A DNA stretch of 56,470 nucleotides, taken from assembly GCA_038748895.1 (NCBI GenBank), contig JBCDIN010000001.1, positions 1 to 56,470 on the forward strand, written 5' to 3'. Shown in pieces: positions 1 to 9,145 of the stretch. A model generated the notes under the pieces. It was not told the origin of the DNA. It worked only from the letters and a program-made list of their open reading frames with translations, and made no database searches. The translations under genes and the position numbers were made by a program. This stretch comes from Verrucomicrobiota bacterium (GTDB taxonomy: Bacteria; Verrucomicrobiota; Verrucomicrobiia; Opitutales; Coraliomargaritaceae). How positions within the stretch are numbered: position 1 is the first letter of the stretch; every line of letters starts with the position of its first letter.

Positions 1-159
1 TGGACAACAAGGCTACGACTTCGGAGGAGCTATTCTTAATATTTACGAGACGACCTGTTTTGATCTCTTTAGCGGGAATGCTGCGGCAGTCTTCGTAGCT
101 ACTACGCTTGCCGAGGCCTTTGGTGCCCCAGCGATAAGGAGCTTGGGTCGATCGGTGCT

Positions 160-433
160 CTAACTGTCGCGAAAAATCTCGACCCTCGGGCTGCCGGATT
201 TCAGCAGCTCGACAGCAGTTGGCAGGTATTGGATGAGTGTATCGATCAGCTCTCGGTTCTTGCAGTTACCAGTCCGCACCCAGATAAATCGGGGCTCGTC
301 ATCGTCATTGCGACGATAGCGCAAAAGTCTTCATCGCGAGGAGATACTCCGCCGTCGGCACCTGAACGATCAGCGTAATCGGCTCATGATGCTTGCAACA
401 CTGTTTGACGATTACGTTATAACAAAACGGTAA
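160..433 (-). pseudogene. Frameshifted remnant of a PIN-like DUF5615-type (toxin-like) gene
   Basis: Manual minus-strand translation of 160-321 gives RYRRNDDDEPRFIWVRTGNCKNRELIDTLIQYLPTAVELLKSGSPRVEIFRDS*. This fits the C-terminal pattern of DUF5615 proteins (P.vI..R.GN....l...L...LP.....L..G...vei). The upstream half (...EPITLIVQVPTAEYLLAMKTFALSSQ*) is in another frame. No ORF of 60 aa or more survives. Confidence 0.3.
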
Positions 434-475
434 TTACATAATCCATTTTTTAGCTTTGTGAACCATGTTTAGCTC

Positions 476-1291
476 TCATCGGTTTCGGCGGGTCAGCACA
501 GACCCAAGAACAGCAAGACCCAGCAAGAATGCGAAGGTAGATGGCTCTGGAACAACGAGTATTCCGTTATTTATACCTGTAGAAATGGCATCGTCAAAAA
601 CAACAAAGTCTTGGCCATCAAGAAAGAAATTGCGACCCGCGGAGGAAGTGCCTGAAGTAGTTATCTCGAACTCGATAATATTTTGATTAGTAAATGACAG
701 GATAACGGATGCATCCTCCTGCACCGCGCTAAGGTCGGTGCTGCCTGAAGTAGGATTTGTGATATCTCCAGAACTATTACTAAACGAATTTAGACCATCG
801 TATACCACTGTCGTGGTGTCCGTTAACTGAAAAGATGCCGGGGTCAGAATGGTAAATGTTTCCAAGCCTGCATTTACCCCGTCTATATCGTAGATCACAA
901 GATCAAACTCGAAATTGGAGCCTCCATTATCGAACAAATTAAGCGTTCCAAAATCATAAAATGACATTCGATATCTCGTCGTCCCCAAAGAGGCCACTTG
1001 GTTAATCTGGATATCATCGCTAACGTTTCCGTTCGCGCCGGTGTTGGCCGCAGAGTATGGGGTAACAGCCTCAACGATGACGGCGATGTTTATCCCACTG
1101 GATGAAACATTTGCGACATCTCCATAGCCCATACCAGTCACACCGTCATAGACCGTGCCTGTTCCAGTAATTGGTTGATCGGGCTGTGATCCCGGAGCAT
1201 AGTTTGAAAAATCCAAGTCTATAGCAGCACCTGCGGAATTTATAGAGCTAGCAGCGACGGCTGCGGAGATGAGAATAGGTTTTATTTCCAT
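476..1291 (-). CDS. PEP-CTERM sorting-domain secreted protein
   Basis: 271-aa ORF with an N-terminal signal-like segment (MEIKPILISAAVAASSINSAGA). The C-terminus VPEPSTFAFLLGLAVLGSVLTRRNR is the PEP motif, a hydrophobic helix and a basic tail. Confidence 0.85.
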   Translation of the reverse strand: MEIKPILISAAVAASSINSAGAAIDLDFSNYAPGSQPDQPITGTGTVYDGVTGMGYGDVANVSSSGINIAVIVEAVTPYSAANTGANGNVSDDIQINQVASLGTTRYRMSFYDFGTLNLFDNGGSNFEFDLVIYDIDGVNAGLETFTILTPASFQLTDTTTVVYDGLNSFSNSSGDITNPTSGSTDLSAVQEDASVILSFTNQNIIEFEITTSGTSSAGRNFFLDGQDFVVFDDAISTGINNGILVVPEPSTFAFLLGLAVLGSVLTRRNR

Positions 1292-1574
1292 GCAATAACA
1301 CTAATTTTCCGGTAGTAATTTCTGTCAAATACAAATCGGGGCGCTTGAGTCTATACGCATGAGACTAGACACAACTAAATGGCCTAAGCTGAACGCCACA
1401 TCTCGAATTCGCACTCCATAAATATTTCCTTAAGTTTCTGATTTTAGGCTCAATATGGAATCATAAAATATTTTTTAAATCGTTAGTTAAAACAAATGGA
1501 AAGTGGTAAGTCTTTTCTTAAAAACATTGTAAATCCAGAAAAGCACTTCAGTCACAACTAATTGAACCAATTCT

Positions 1575-2168
1575 TTGGCGAATCGTTATGATAAAAACCT
1601 ATCCAGCCTTTTGACTGTTGTGTCGCTTCTCTCAATCCCGACTGCTGCACATGCCGTCGCTATTGCGCTTGATTTTGAAAGGGCCGATTTCCAGGACAGT
1701 TTTACCAGAAATAATCCTCCCCCTGGCGAAATACGCTGGAACAACATTTTGTGTCTATTCGGCGTTACTGGTCCGGCTGGGCGCATTGATATGGTGGCGA
1801 CTGTCGCATCAGGATCCGCCTACAGTTTCAGCACGGTTCCACCTAGAAACACCAACGGTTCGATAACGCCGCCAGCTGTGCCCGGAGGAGCGATACTTTT
1901 AAAAGTAGAAGCCGGAACCGATGTCAGCTTTAATTTCAATTCCTTTACAGAAACGGGGAATCCTATAGCGCTTACAACGGATATATCCTTCCTCGACTTC
2001 GATCAAACTGACAGCATCGGCCAAGGCATTGCTGACGAAAAACTGAATTTCCTCGGTATAAACTCCTTGGACCAAAGCAGCTATACATACACAACGACAA
2101 CCGAAATCGGAATAGACTACAGTAACACGACGCAACCAAGCTTTTCTTCGAGACAGGGAGAGAGCTAA
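1575..2168 (+). pseudogene. N-terminal part of a disrupted PEP-CTERM paralog (secreted protein fragment)
   Basis: 197-aa ORF with a TTG start and a signal-like LLTVVSLLSIPTAAHA. It begins IALDFERADF, like IDLDFSNYAP of the neighbouring PEP-CTERM protein, but has no C-terminal sorting signal. It is in the same frame (mod 3) as ORF 2223..2747, which carries the PEP-CTERM tail. The two are separated by in-frame stops at 2166, 2190 and 2220. Confidence 0.45.
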
Positions 2169-2222
2169 AACGAGCTGTTCCGTATATTTTGATTAGGGTT
2201 CTTAATTTCCCGCGCCTTCTGA

Positions 2223-2747
2223 TTGGGGCACACTATTACCTTCGCAATCTTTAGTTTCGTTCATCCGGCGCGAATCGTGGCTGGTCAGACCATAACGAGC
2301 TTTACGGCCAATCTCGACGGGTCCTTCGATGACTACGGGATAGTCCCGGGGGACTCGGGAATTTGGGTGACAGATAGTGGTGATTCGACTCTCGTCTCTT
2401 GGACGACGATCCCAGAGCCTGCTTCCGCATTCCTTTTTGGACTTGGTGCGTTGGGACTGATGGTCCTGAAGCGAAGCGGGAATTCATCCGAGAAACTTAC
2501 GCAAGGCAGCGGACGATTAAGGACGATCGCCCGCGTCCGTTTCAAAACATCTGGCTCGCAGACGCGCGGTGGTTATTCGCGATCATCACAAGTCATCGAA
2601 ATCGGTTGCGGGCGTTTGCTCGATCTGGATGAAGCCGCGGTCCTGTTGCGAGAGGGGCTCCGCGAAGCGGAAGGTGCGGTAGCCGTATCCGACAGGCAAG
2701 GCTGGCAAACCACTGTCAACTGCTGGAATCACTTCCAACCAGCCTAA
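2223..2747 (+). pseudogene. C-terminal PEP-CTERM fragment of the same disrupted gene, with read-through tail
   Basis: Contains TIPEPASAFLFGLGALGLMVLKR (PEP, helix, basic residues) ending near nt 2474. The frame then stays open for about 90 more codons and overlaps the 3' end of the convergent 2586..6560 gene. This is atypical for a PEP-CTERM terminus. Confidence 0.4.
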
Positions 2748-5700
2748 GGGGGAGTCGAAGCTAATCAGGTCTGTCGAATTTCTGAGGGCTGTGACAGGGC
2801 CTTCGAATGATTCCTCAACCAGAAAAGTTTGCAGGCTTTCGGCAGTCCCTCCGTTAGAAAAGCCCTCGTAGACCAACCCATCTGCACTCGGAATCGTGAT
2901 GCTGAAATAGTCCTCGCCCTCGATCGTGATCACTTCGAGGTGAGTAAAGAGAGGATCATTCGCGACCGTCGCATTCTGGTTGTGCATCCACTCATTCCAG
3001 TCCGGTAGGTCGTCGTTATCCGTATCGACCAGCCGCCCGAACTCGGTAATGCCTAGACCCATCGCGTAGCTGACGTAGGCATCGGGCAGGATCGTTATGT
3101 CAAAAGAAAAGTCCCCACTTTCCGCCAGTGGGAAACCGGCCCGATCTGTAATTCCCAAAGCGGTTTCATCGATCGTGTAGGTGACTGTTTCTCCAGCACT
3201 CACCCCGGTGAAAAAGCTAAAATCGACGAAGAAAAAATTTGTCGATACAAGTGAGCTTATGAAAAAACTAAAAGAGGCCTGATCTAGGTCTACATTCGGA
3301 TTCGCTATCGCAGTCGTCGGAGTGATTGTGATAATATCGTTAGAAGAAACCGGCTCCGAAAAGGTGAAAATAACTCTGATGTCCTGGCCGACTTTAAGGG
3401 TGTCTGAGGTCGGAACGACCGAGATGAGAGTCGGTGCCGTGGTGTCCTCAGTCAAAGAGATCTGCGGTCCTTCAATATTGGATTTCCGGTTGAAAATGAG
3501 CGGGCGGAAGGAGCCTGTCAGGTTTCCCGGCCGCCACGGGTAGATTGCGAATTCCCAGGTCGTCCCGTCATCAGTGGTCGCGACTACCCCATCGGTTTGA
3601 AGTTGGGCATTATTAGCGGCGACGTAAAACTTCTGGATTCGGGAAAGGTCAAAGAAGTCAGTTGGCCGCTCTAAGACTACGGTGAGCGTCACCGGGGAGC
3701 CGTTTGGCACGGTGGTCGAGCTGGCAGCGATGGAAACCACATCGACATCACGATCATACTGGGCATCAATCGTCGTCGTCGCCGTAGCCAGGTTGCCGGA
3801 CAGATCGGAGACCGCTGCGGTTACGGTCACCTCTCCGTCGCCGAGAATTCGGAAGGGGTCGCTGGAATCAATGCAGCCCAATGTTTCGACTGCATAACGA
3901 GCGACACCAGCTGATCGGCTGTAGACAAAGATCGTTTCTCCGTTGGAGCGCCTGAGCGTCGATGCGCCGAGCCCGAGAGCAAAATTACCATTGATCTCGC
4001 CAGTTAGCCGCCCATTTCCGGTCAAAGGGAGACCGGTCGAATTGAAAAACCGGAAGACCCTCTGTCGAAGGCTACTCGCAGCTCCTGTCCAACTCAGAAC
4101 AAATCCCGCGCCTCCTGTGGATGCGATTGAAGGAAGACTCTCGCTATCGTAAGCGATGGCGCTTGCCAGAGTATTGCTTCCCGCCGGCGTTCCGTCGGCG
4201 TCAAAGCGCTGGAACGCGATCGCGGTGTCTCCCGTTCCGTCGAGTCCATTTTCCGCTACCCAAGTAACGACCCAGCGGCCATTATTCAGGCTCGCAATCA
4301 CTGGACTAAAGCCGCGATGGCCCGAATTCGCAGCGACCGGTGGAGCGACTGGAGTGCCGTCCGATTCGAAACCAAAGACTTGGATATTTGCATCGCTCGC
4401 ATTGATAAAAGCGGCGATGGCCCAACCGGAGTTGCTCAGCCCAGTCACACGGGGATCGAAACCACTTCCAGCCAGAGTTTCGCTTCCGAGGGCCACGCCG
4501 CTGGAATCATAGAGCTGGTAGAACAGCTCGTTCACGTTTTTCTCAAACACGACAATCCAGCCGCCACCCACAAGTGGAGCCGCCGTCGGCTCCCTTGCTG
4601 AACTTGCCACGTTGATCACACTTCCAGCTGTGCCATCCGAGGCAAAGGTCTGTTGCTTGACGGTGCCCCCTTCCAGCCAACCGATCGCCCAGCCGCCATT
4701 TGCAGTTGGAACGACGTAGGCTGTCTGGCTCGTGTCCGAGTTAATGGTGACGGGCCCACCGGCAAATGAAGCGTCTGTGTTGAACAGCTGATAGTTCACG
4801 AAATTGCCCGATATGAGATCCGGCGAAACCCACGCTGCGATAAAACGACCATCGGTCAGCTCAGCCACCGACGTGCCGGTGCCTGCATTGCTGGCGATTG
4901 TGTTGAGCTCACCGAGGAATCTGCTGGCTGGCTGGAGGTTCTCGCCGCCCAGGGAGTAAGTGCTGTCGGCCTGAACCTCGGCTTGCGCTGACAGATCTCC
5001 ATCCACGCCTTCAAAGAAGATCTCGACCGTCTGCCCCGTCTCGACGCTTACAGTTGTACCCGAAATCGTGAGTTCCGTAGGGTCTAAATCAAGAGTCGAA
5101 GCAGTATTTCTAAAAGACGTGCGATTGAGCGCGACCGTAATTTCAGCAGTGCTGTCGAGGACGAAGGAATCGGTAAAAGTCTTTACGTCACCAAGGATAT
5201 CCGAAGTGGTGATATCGACTTGAACCGGGCCATCGACGAGCAGCGACGCATCAAAACCAAAGAAAATACTTTCACCTCCAACGGTAGCTTCACCTTGGAT
5301 CGTATTATTCAGAGAATCGGTCAGCATCACCTCAACGGTATCGTCAAGGTTTACTTTATCCAACCCTATAGAGATCGCATTGGGAAAAGGAATCCCGGAG
5401 TCGATCTGCTCCTCCTCCGAGCGTTTGGAAAACTCGAAAAAAAGGACCTCCGGAGCACCTGCTAAACCTAGCGAAGTGATTTCAAGCTCCGCCACAAGTG
5501 CTGCGACTTGAGTCAATCGGATGTTGGTAAAGCGGTCGTAGACGGAGAGGTCTTCCGTTAACGCACCCCCAAGCATCTCCGCCGGAGTTTGCCCTAGCCC
5601 AGTATCGACGACGGTGTTCAAATTCGTCGTTGTTGCCAAGTTGAGGATCGCCCCATCGATCTCCGCTGAGCCGCTTACAACGCTTCCAAACGTAACAGCG

Positions 5701-6560
5701 TCTGTGATTGGAGCATCGAGATTATTGAGGATTTGAAAGTTTTCGGGAGAGAATCCAAGGGTGCTGGGATCGAGAGTCCCGGTATTTCCCGCATCCGCCG
5801 AGACCAGTGAAAAACTGATCAAGGCATCGCCGAACTCACCGAAGGCCGTGAATGCGTTCGTGTCCATGACTAAGTTGTCGTAGGTGAATTCGTAGATGAA
5901 TTCGTCACCGACCGCCGCCGGAGAGCCGACCTCGGCCGTAACGACCACGGCCTTTCCCGCGTAGGTCACGGTTGAACGGAGCGAAGTGATATCAAGCAAC
6001 AGCACCCCAGCCAAGTCCCCACTTTGCAACAAGATGCCGGCTCCAGCATCGTAAACGGAAAGGTCACCCGGCAAGGCCCCACCGAACATCCCGCTTAAGG
6101 TTTGGCCTGAGCCACTGTCATCAAACAATCCGAGATCTGTTGAGATCAGATTGAGCCGAGCCGTGGCGAGCGCGATCCCTCCAAAGCTCCCGCTCAGACT
6201 GGTTTCAAGACGGAAAATATCAAATGAGAACGAATCACTTGTTGTTTCAAGTAGCGACGGGGTAAAGTCGACCGAGCTCGGATCGAAGGAACCCGCATTC
6301 CCCGACTGAGCTTCCAAGGTGAAGCTGACCAGCCCGCTGGAAAACTCACCTTTATCCGTGAGCGGGTTACTGTCAGTGACTAAATCGTCGTGAGTAAACT
6401 CAAAGGTATAGAGATCCCCGAGCGCAGCACTGGAAGCGTCAGCCGTGACTGTAACAACGGCCGTGCCGCTGTAGGTCACTTTTCGGACCTCGGCACGGGA
6501 AATAAGGCCGAGGCAGGTGAACGAAACGATTGAGAGAAAGAGGAAGCGAGTCATGTTCAT
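2586..6560 (-). CDS. Large secreted repeat protein (adhesin-like): tandem N-terminal modules, propeller-like repeats, Ig-like region
   Basis: 1324-aa ORF with signal peptide MNMTRFLFLSIVSFTCLGLISRA. It has two tandem ~170-aa modules (aa 27-195 and 197-366). About seven ~45-aa W/G-rich units span aa ~565-890 (NGGWAIGWLEGG, GGGWIVVFEKN, NSGWAIAAFIN, NGRWVVTWVAENGLDGTGDTAIAFQRFDADGTPAG). There is an Ig-like stretch DTTAPTLISVVPTSDTLKVGQDIRVIFTFSEPV and an acidic DTDNDDLPDWNEW motif. Confidence 0.9.
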   Translation of the reverse strand: MNMTRFLFLSIVSFTCLGLISRAEVRKVTYSGTAVVTVTADASSAALGDLYTFEFTHDDLVTDSNPLTDKGEFSSGLVSFTLEAQSGNAGSFDPSSVDFTPSLLETTSDSFSFDIFRLETSLSGSFGGIALATARLNLISTDLGLFDDSGSGQTLSGMFGGALPGDLSVYDAGAGILLQSGDLAGVLLLDITSLRSTVTYAGKAVVVTAEVGSPAAVGDEFIYEFTYDNLVMDTNAFTAFGEFGDALISFSLVSADAGNTGTLDPSTLGFSPENFQILNNLDAPITDAVTFGSVVSGSAEIDGAILNLATTTNLNTVVDTGLGQTPAEMLGGALTEDLSVYDRFTNIRLTQVAALVAELEITSLGLAGAPEVLFFEFSKRSEEEQIDSGIPFPNAISIGLDKVNLDDTVEVMLTDSLNNTIQGEATVGGESIFFGFDASLLVDGPVQVDITTSDILGDVKTFTDSFVLDSTAEITVALNRTSFRNTASTLDLDPTELTISGTTVSVETGQTVEIFFEGVDGDLSAQAEVQADSTYSLGGENLQPASRFLGELNTIASNAGTGTSVAELTDGRFIAAWVSPDLISGNFVNYQLFNTDASFAGGPVTINSDTSQTAYVVPTANGGWAIGWLEGGTVKQQTFASDGTAGSVINVASSAREPTAAPLVGGGWIVVFEKNVNELFYQLYDSSGVALGSETLAGSGFDPRVTGLSNSGWAIAAFINASDANIQVFGFESDGTPVAPPVAANSGHRGFSPVIASLNNGRWVVTWVAENGLDGTGDTAIAFQRFDADGTPAGSNTLASAIAYDSESLPSIASTGGAGFVLSWTGAASSLRQRVFRFFNSTGLPLTGNGRLTGEINGNFALGLGASTLRRSNGETIFVYSRSAGVARYAVETLGCIDSSDPFRILGDGEVTVTAAVSDLSGNLATATTTIDAQYDRDVDVVSIAASSTTVPNGSPVTLTVVLERPTDFFDLSRIQKFYVAANNAQLQTDGVVATTDDGTTWEFAIYPWRPGNLTGSFRPLIFNRKSNIEGPQISLTEDTTAPTLISVVPTSDTLKVGQDIRVIFTFSEPVSSNDIITITPTTAIANPNVDLDQASFSFFISSLVSTNFFFVDFSFFTGVSAGETVTYTIDETALGITDRAGFPLAESGDFSFDITILPDAYVSYAMGLGITEFGRLVDTDNDDLPDWNEWMHNQNATVANDPLFTHLEVITIEGEDYFSITIPSADGLVYEGFSNGGTAESLQTFLVEESFEGPVTALRNSTDLISFDSPLGWLEVIPAVDSGLPALPVGYGYRTFRFAEPLSQQDRGFIQIEQTPATDFDDL
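5463..6482 (-). repeat. Tandem duplication of a ~170-aa coding module inside the 1324-aa protein
   Basis: The two modules align by eye. aa 27-195 reads KVTYSGTAVVTVTADASSAALGDLYTFEFTHDDLVTDSNPLTDKGEFSSGLVSFTLEAQSGNAGSFDPSS...DITSLR. aa 197-366 reads TVTYAGKAVVVTAEVGSPAAVGDEFIYEFTYDNLVMDTNAFTAFGEFGDALISFSLVSADAGNTGTLDPST...EITSLGL. Confidence 0.8.
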
Positions 6561-6723
6561 GTTTAGACTTTAAACCTCTGAATTTATCAAAATTGCCGGT
6601 TCTTGTCATTCGACTCACGTCCCATTTTTGATAGGACTCCCGTCCCAGATGTAGGGTTCTGCAATCCACCAGGACTCAAAGAAGATTCCGATCAAAGAAA
6701 CCGCTGAGGCCTCGATTGGCAGC

Positions 6724-7803
6724 TTGCACCTGATTGACTGTATGTTTAACCGTCTTAATTCGATGACCAAGACCGACCGCTGCTCCGATCCGGGTTTGCC
6801 GATTGTTTCTATCGACAGTCGTCAAGATGCGGATTTGGACGGCTTCGAAATGTGGCATGAACTCTGTCGCCCCGTTTTACAGACCCGCAGGGTTGAGGCT
6901 GAGGGGACATTTCAGTCCTCAGCACGCTTTTGCGAGACTGCCGGGGTCGTCTTCGGGGAGACTTGCTACGGAGCCACCCGTTTTGAACGCTCGCCCGCTC
7001 AGGTGCGGAATGGGGAGTCGGATCACATCGCCCTCCACTTTCTACAGCATGGGCGAGAGATTGGCGAGGCAGACGGTTACCCGCTGGAAGTTTCGAACCG
7101 CCAGATTGTCTTGCAGGATTGGGCGCGACCTTTTGTTAAGGAATCCACTGCAGTGCACCAGCTCTCGGCCATCATCCCGAGAGATTTGATCCCGCTCAGT
7201 TCAAGGCTGTTTACCCGATGCCCGGTGCACTCCTGGGATATTCGGTCTCCCGGAGGGGTTTTGCTGTCGAATAGCCTGCGTGCTATTTTTGCAGAATTGG
7301 AAACGTTTTCGATGGCAGACGGACCGAAGATCGCAAATGCCTTTGTCGGCCTAATCAATGCATTGCTGGCGGCTGACTTCGAAAACCATGCAATCCCTAC
7401 AGGGAAGACCGTGCAGGCGGTCGAGCAGTATGTCCGGCAAAACCTTCAGAATCCGCATCTTGGCCTGAAGGATATTCAAGAGGCTTTCACTCTCTCCCGC
7501 TCCTCAGCTTACCGCATGTTTGAGCCGAGAGGCGGGATACGAACTTTTATCCAAACTGAGCGGCTTGCTGCCTGCCATCGTGAACTTGTAAGAGCCAAAC
7601 CGGCAACAGTGTCGGTGCGACGAATCGCAGAGCGATGGGCCTTTCACGACATTTCCTACTTTCATCGGGTTTTCCGCAAACGATTTGGAATGACACCCAA
7701 GGAAGTCATCTATCAAAGAAACAGAGACGCCGATTCACAGTTCGAAATTTCTATGCGACAAAGACCCGAGATAACGACCTTTCATCAATGGATCGGATCT
7801 TGA
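6724..7803 (+). CDS. AraC/XylS-family transcriptional regulator
   Basis: The C-terminal double HTH is typical of AraC: LKDIQEAFTLSRSSAYRMFEP...VRRIAERWAFHDISYFHRVFRKRFGMTPKEV. It is divergent from the large secreted protein. The true start is uncertain (TTG at 6724; internal ATGs at MFNRL and MTKTD). Confidence 0.85.
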   Translation: MHLIDCMFNRLNSMTKTDRCSDPGLPIVSIDSRQDADLDGFEMWHELCRPVLQTRRVEAEGTFQSSARFCETAGVVFGETCYGATRFERSPAQVRNGESDHIALHFLQHGREIGEADGYPLEVSNRQIVLQDWARPFVKESTAVHQLSAIIPRDLIPLSSRLFTRCPVHSWDIRSPGGVLLSNSLRAIFAELETFSMADGPKIANAFVGLINALLAADFENHAIPTGKTVQAVEQYVRQNLQNPHLGLKDIQEAFTLSRSSAYRMFEPRGGIRTFIQTERLAACHRELVRAKPATVSVRRIAERWAFHDISYFHRVFRKRFGMTPKEVIYQRNRDADSQFEISMRQRPEITTFHQWIGS

Positions 7804-8249
7804 TCGACCATCGGTTCCTCTCTCGTGTTCTGCTTGCAATCACCAGTGGCAAGCTCTTCACCCTTTCTATCGGTTAAATTCTCGCTCAAACGCGCGATCA
7901 GCACAGCACTACGGTGATGACGGAACGAAGCATTACATCCGATTAACTGGATGCTTTGGGAGAGGTTAGAAAAGAGTCACATTTTTGATTCCCCGTTCGT
8001 GTGGATCTGCTGACCGGAACAATTAGTGTCTTCACTTTACGAGGATAACATAGGAGGAGTTATCCGCTTTTAGACTTCCTCTTTTTACATTCTCCTCTTC
8101 ACGTTTCATTGTTCGTCAGCTGCCCTCATACTGGAGAAAAGCGCGAACTTGCACAGTATCCAAGAGATGCCTGGACATGCCCGGCTCGACACGACGCAGA
8201 TCTGTAAAACGACGCACCCGGACGCACATCTGAAGTAATCATTTGATGC

Positions 8250-8522
8250 ATCTGCCTTTGGGAATATCTTGTCGATTATTGTGACAACAGCGTAAAAGCG
8301 ATAATCGGAGAACTTACTGAACTCTCGAAGGAACAGCAGCAATTAGCTGCTTCGATGATCCACGCCTTATGGACTGAGGAGAACACCGATGAGGTGCTCC
8401 ACCTTAAGTGACACGCCGAGCTGGATCGTCGTAATGCTTAGATTGAAAGCGGTGAAGTCGAAGTCGTCAGTGAAGCATCGATGGAAGCGTTTATCGACGA
8501 TCTGACTGCGGATGGAAGTTAG
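8250..8522 (+). pseudogene. Decayed antitoxin (addiction-module-component type, TIGR02574-like pattern)
   Basis: Manual translation from 8301 gives IIGELTELSKEQQQLAASMIHALWTEENTDEVLHLK*HAELDRRNA*IESGEVEVVSEASMEAFIDDLTADGS*. There are in-frame stops at 8409 (TGA, where the family normally has Trp/TGG) and 8439 (TAG). No start codon is evident. Confidence 0.5.
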
Positions 8523-8778
8523 TTATCAACCCGAGGTGAAGGACGACTTGCGCGGTTCTTACGATTATTACCATGAAATCGAGCCTGAGCTAGGACTTGG
8601 ATTTATCGAAGAATACCGCAAACGCTGGCCCTCGTTAGGCGTGACCCGCTGGTGATGTTCCCCTTTTACAAGAATGATCGCCGTGTCCTCCTGGAGGGCT
8701 TCAAAAATTTTTCAGTAATCTACGAAGTGCGCGAAGATAAAAATCCGCATCAAGGCCGTGGCGGACCTTCGCCTTTAG
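8512..8778 (+). pseudogene. Decayed ParE/RelE-family toxin (three frame pieces)
   Basis: The ATG at 8512 overlaps the antitoxin stop. The first piece reads MEVSYQPEVKDDLRGSYDYYHEIEPELGLGFIEEYRKRWPSLGVTRW*. The second piece is frame-shifted: FPFYKNDRRVLLEGFKNFSVIYEVREDK. The third, shifted again, reads IRIKAVADLRL* with a stop at 8776. Together these follow the ParE pattern (..DL..iydY......f.......RR.l...F...iiYev.ed.i.I.aV.h.R). Confidence 0.5.
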
Positions 8779-9145
8779 CCTCACTTCTGGTTGGTTCGCC
8801 AAGATTTTGCCTCCTGTCCATGTCAGCTCATCTTCGCCCGTTTGACCCAAATAGCGCTAACTTAAGTCGCTTTATTGAAGACCATAAATCCTATTAGAAA
8901 TCGAGGCTAAAACATTCTCTTAAATGAAAAATTATTCTCGATAATTAGTATCCAATTAACGGATACGATGAAGAGTGAAAGAGATAACTAGCATCATTTT
9001 TCTACCGATTAGACAACTCAGTAAAGTTGTTTAAAAAAGGTAAAAACCAGAGGGAGTGGGGTAAGCGCCCCAAGCCATACCCTACGTGAAGAACGGGAGA
9101 CTAAATTTTTTGACACTTTCGCCTTAATAAGGCGATTTTATAAGA

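Noticed and set aside
465-686. 73-aa plus-strand ORF overlapping the 3' end of the PEP-CTERM gene.
   Set aside because: It is antisense to an ORF with a clear signal peptide and PEP-CTERM tail, and it has no features of its own.
8106-8897. Small ORFs 8106..8342(-) and 8652..8897(+) in the 7.8-9.1 kb gap as possible real genes.
   Set aside because: 8652..8897 is the middle frame piece of the decayed ParE-like toxin. 8106..8342 is antisense to the decayed antitoxin region and Cys/Phe-rich without motifs.
9110-9144. TTGACA (9110-9115) and TATAAG (9139-9144) as the promoter of the DUF1800 gene.
   Set aside because: The spacer is 23 nt, and the -10-like hexamer ends 1 nt before the GTG start. 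The geometry is incompatible with a sigma70 promoter for this start codon.
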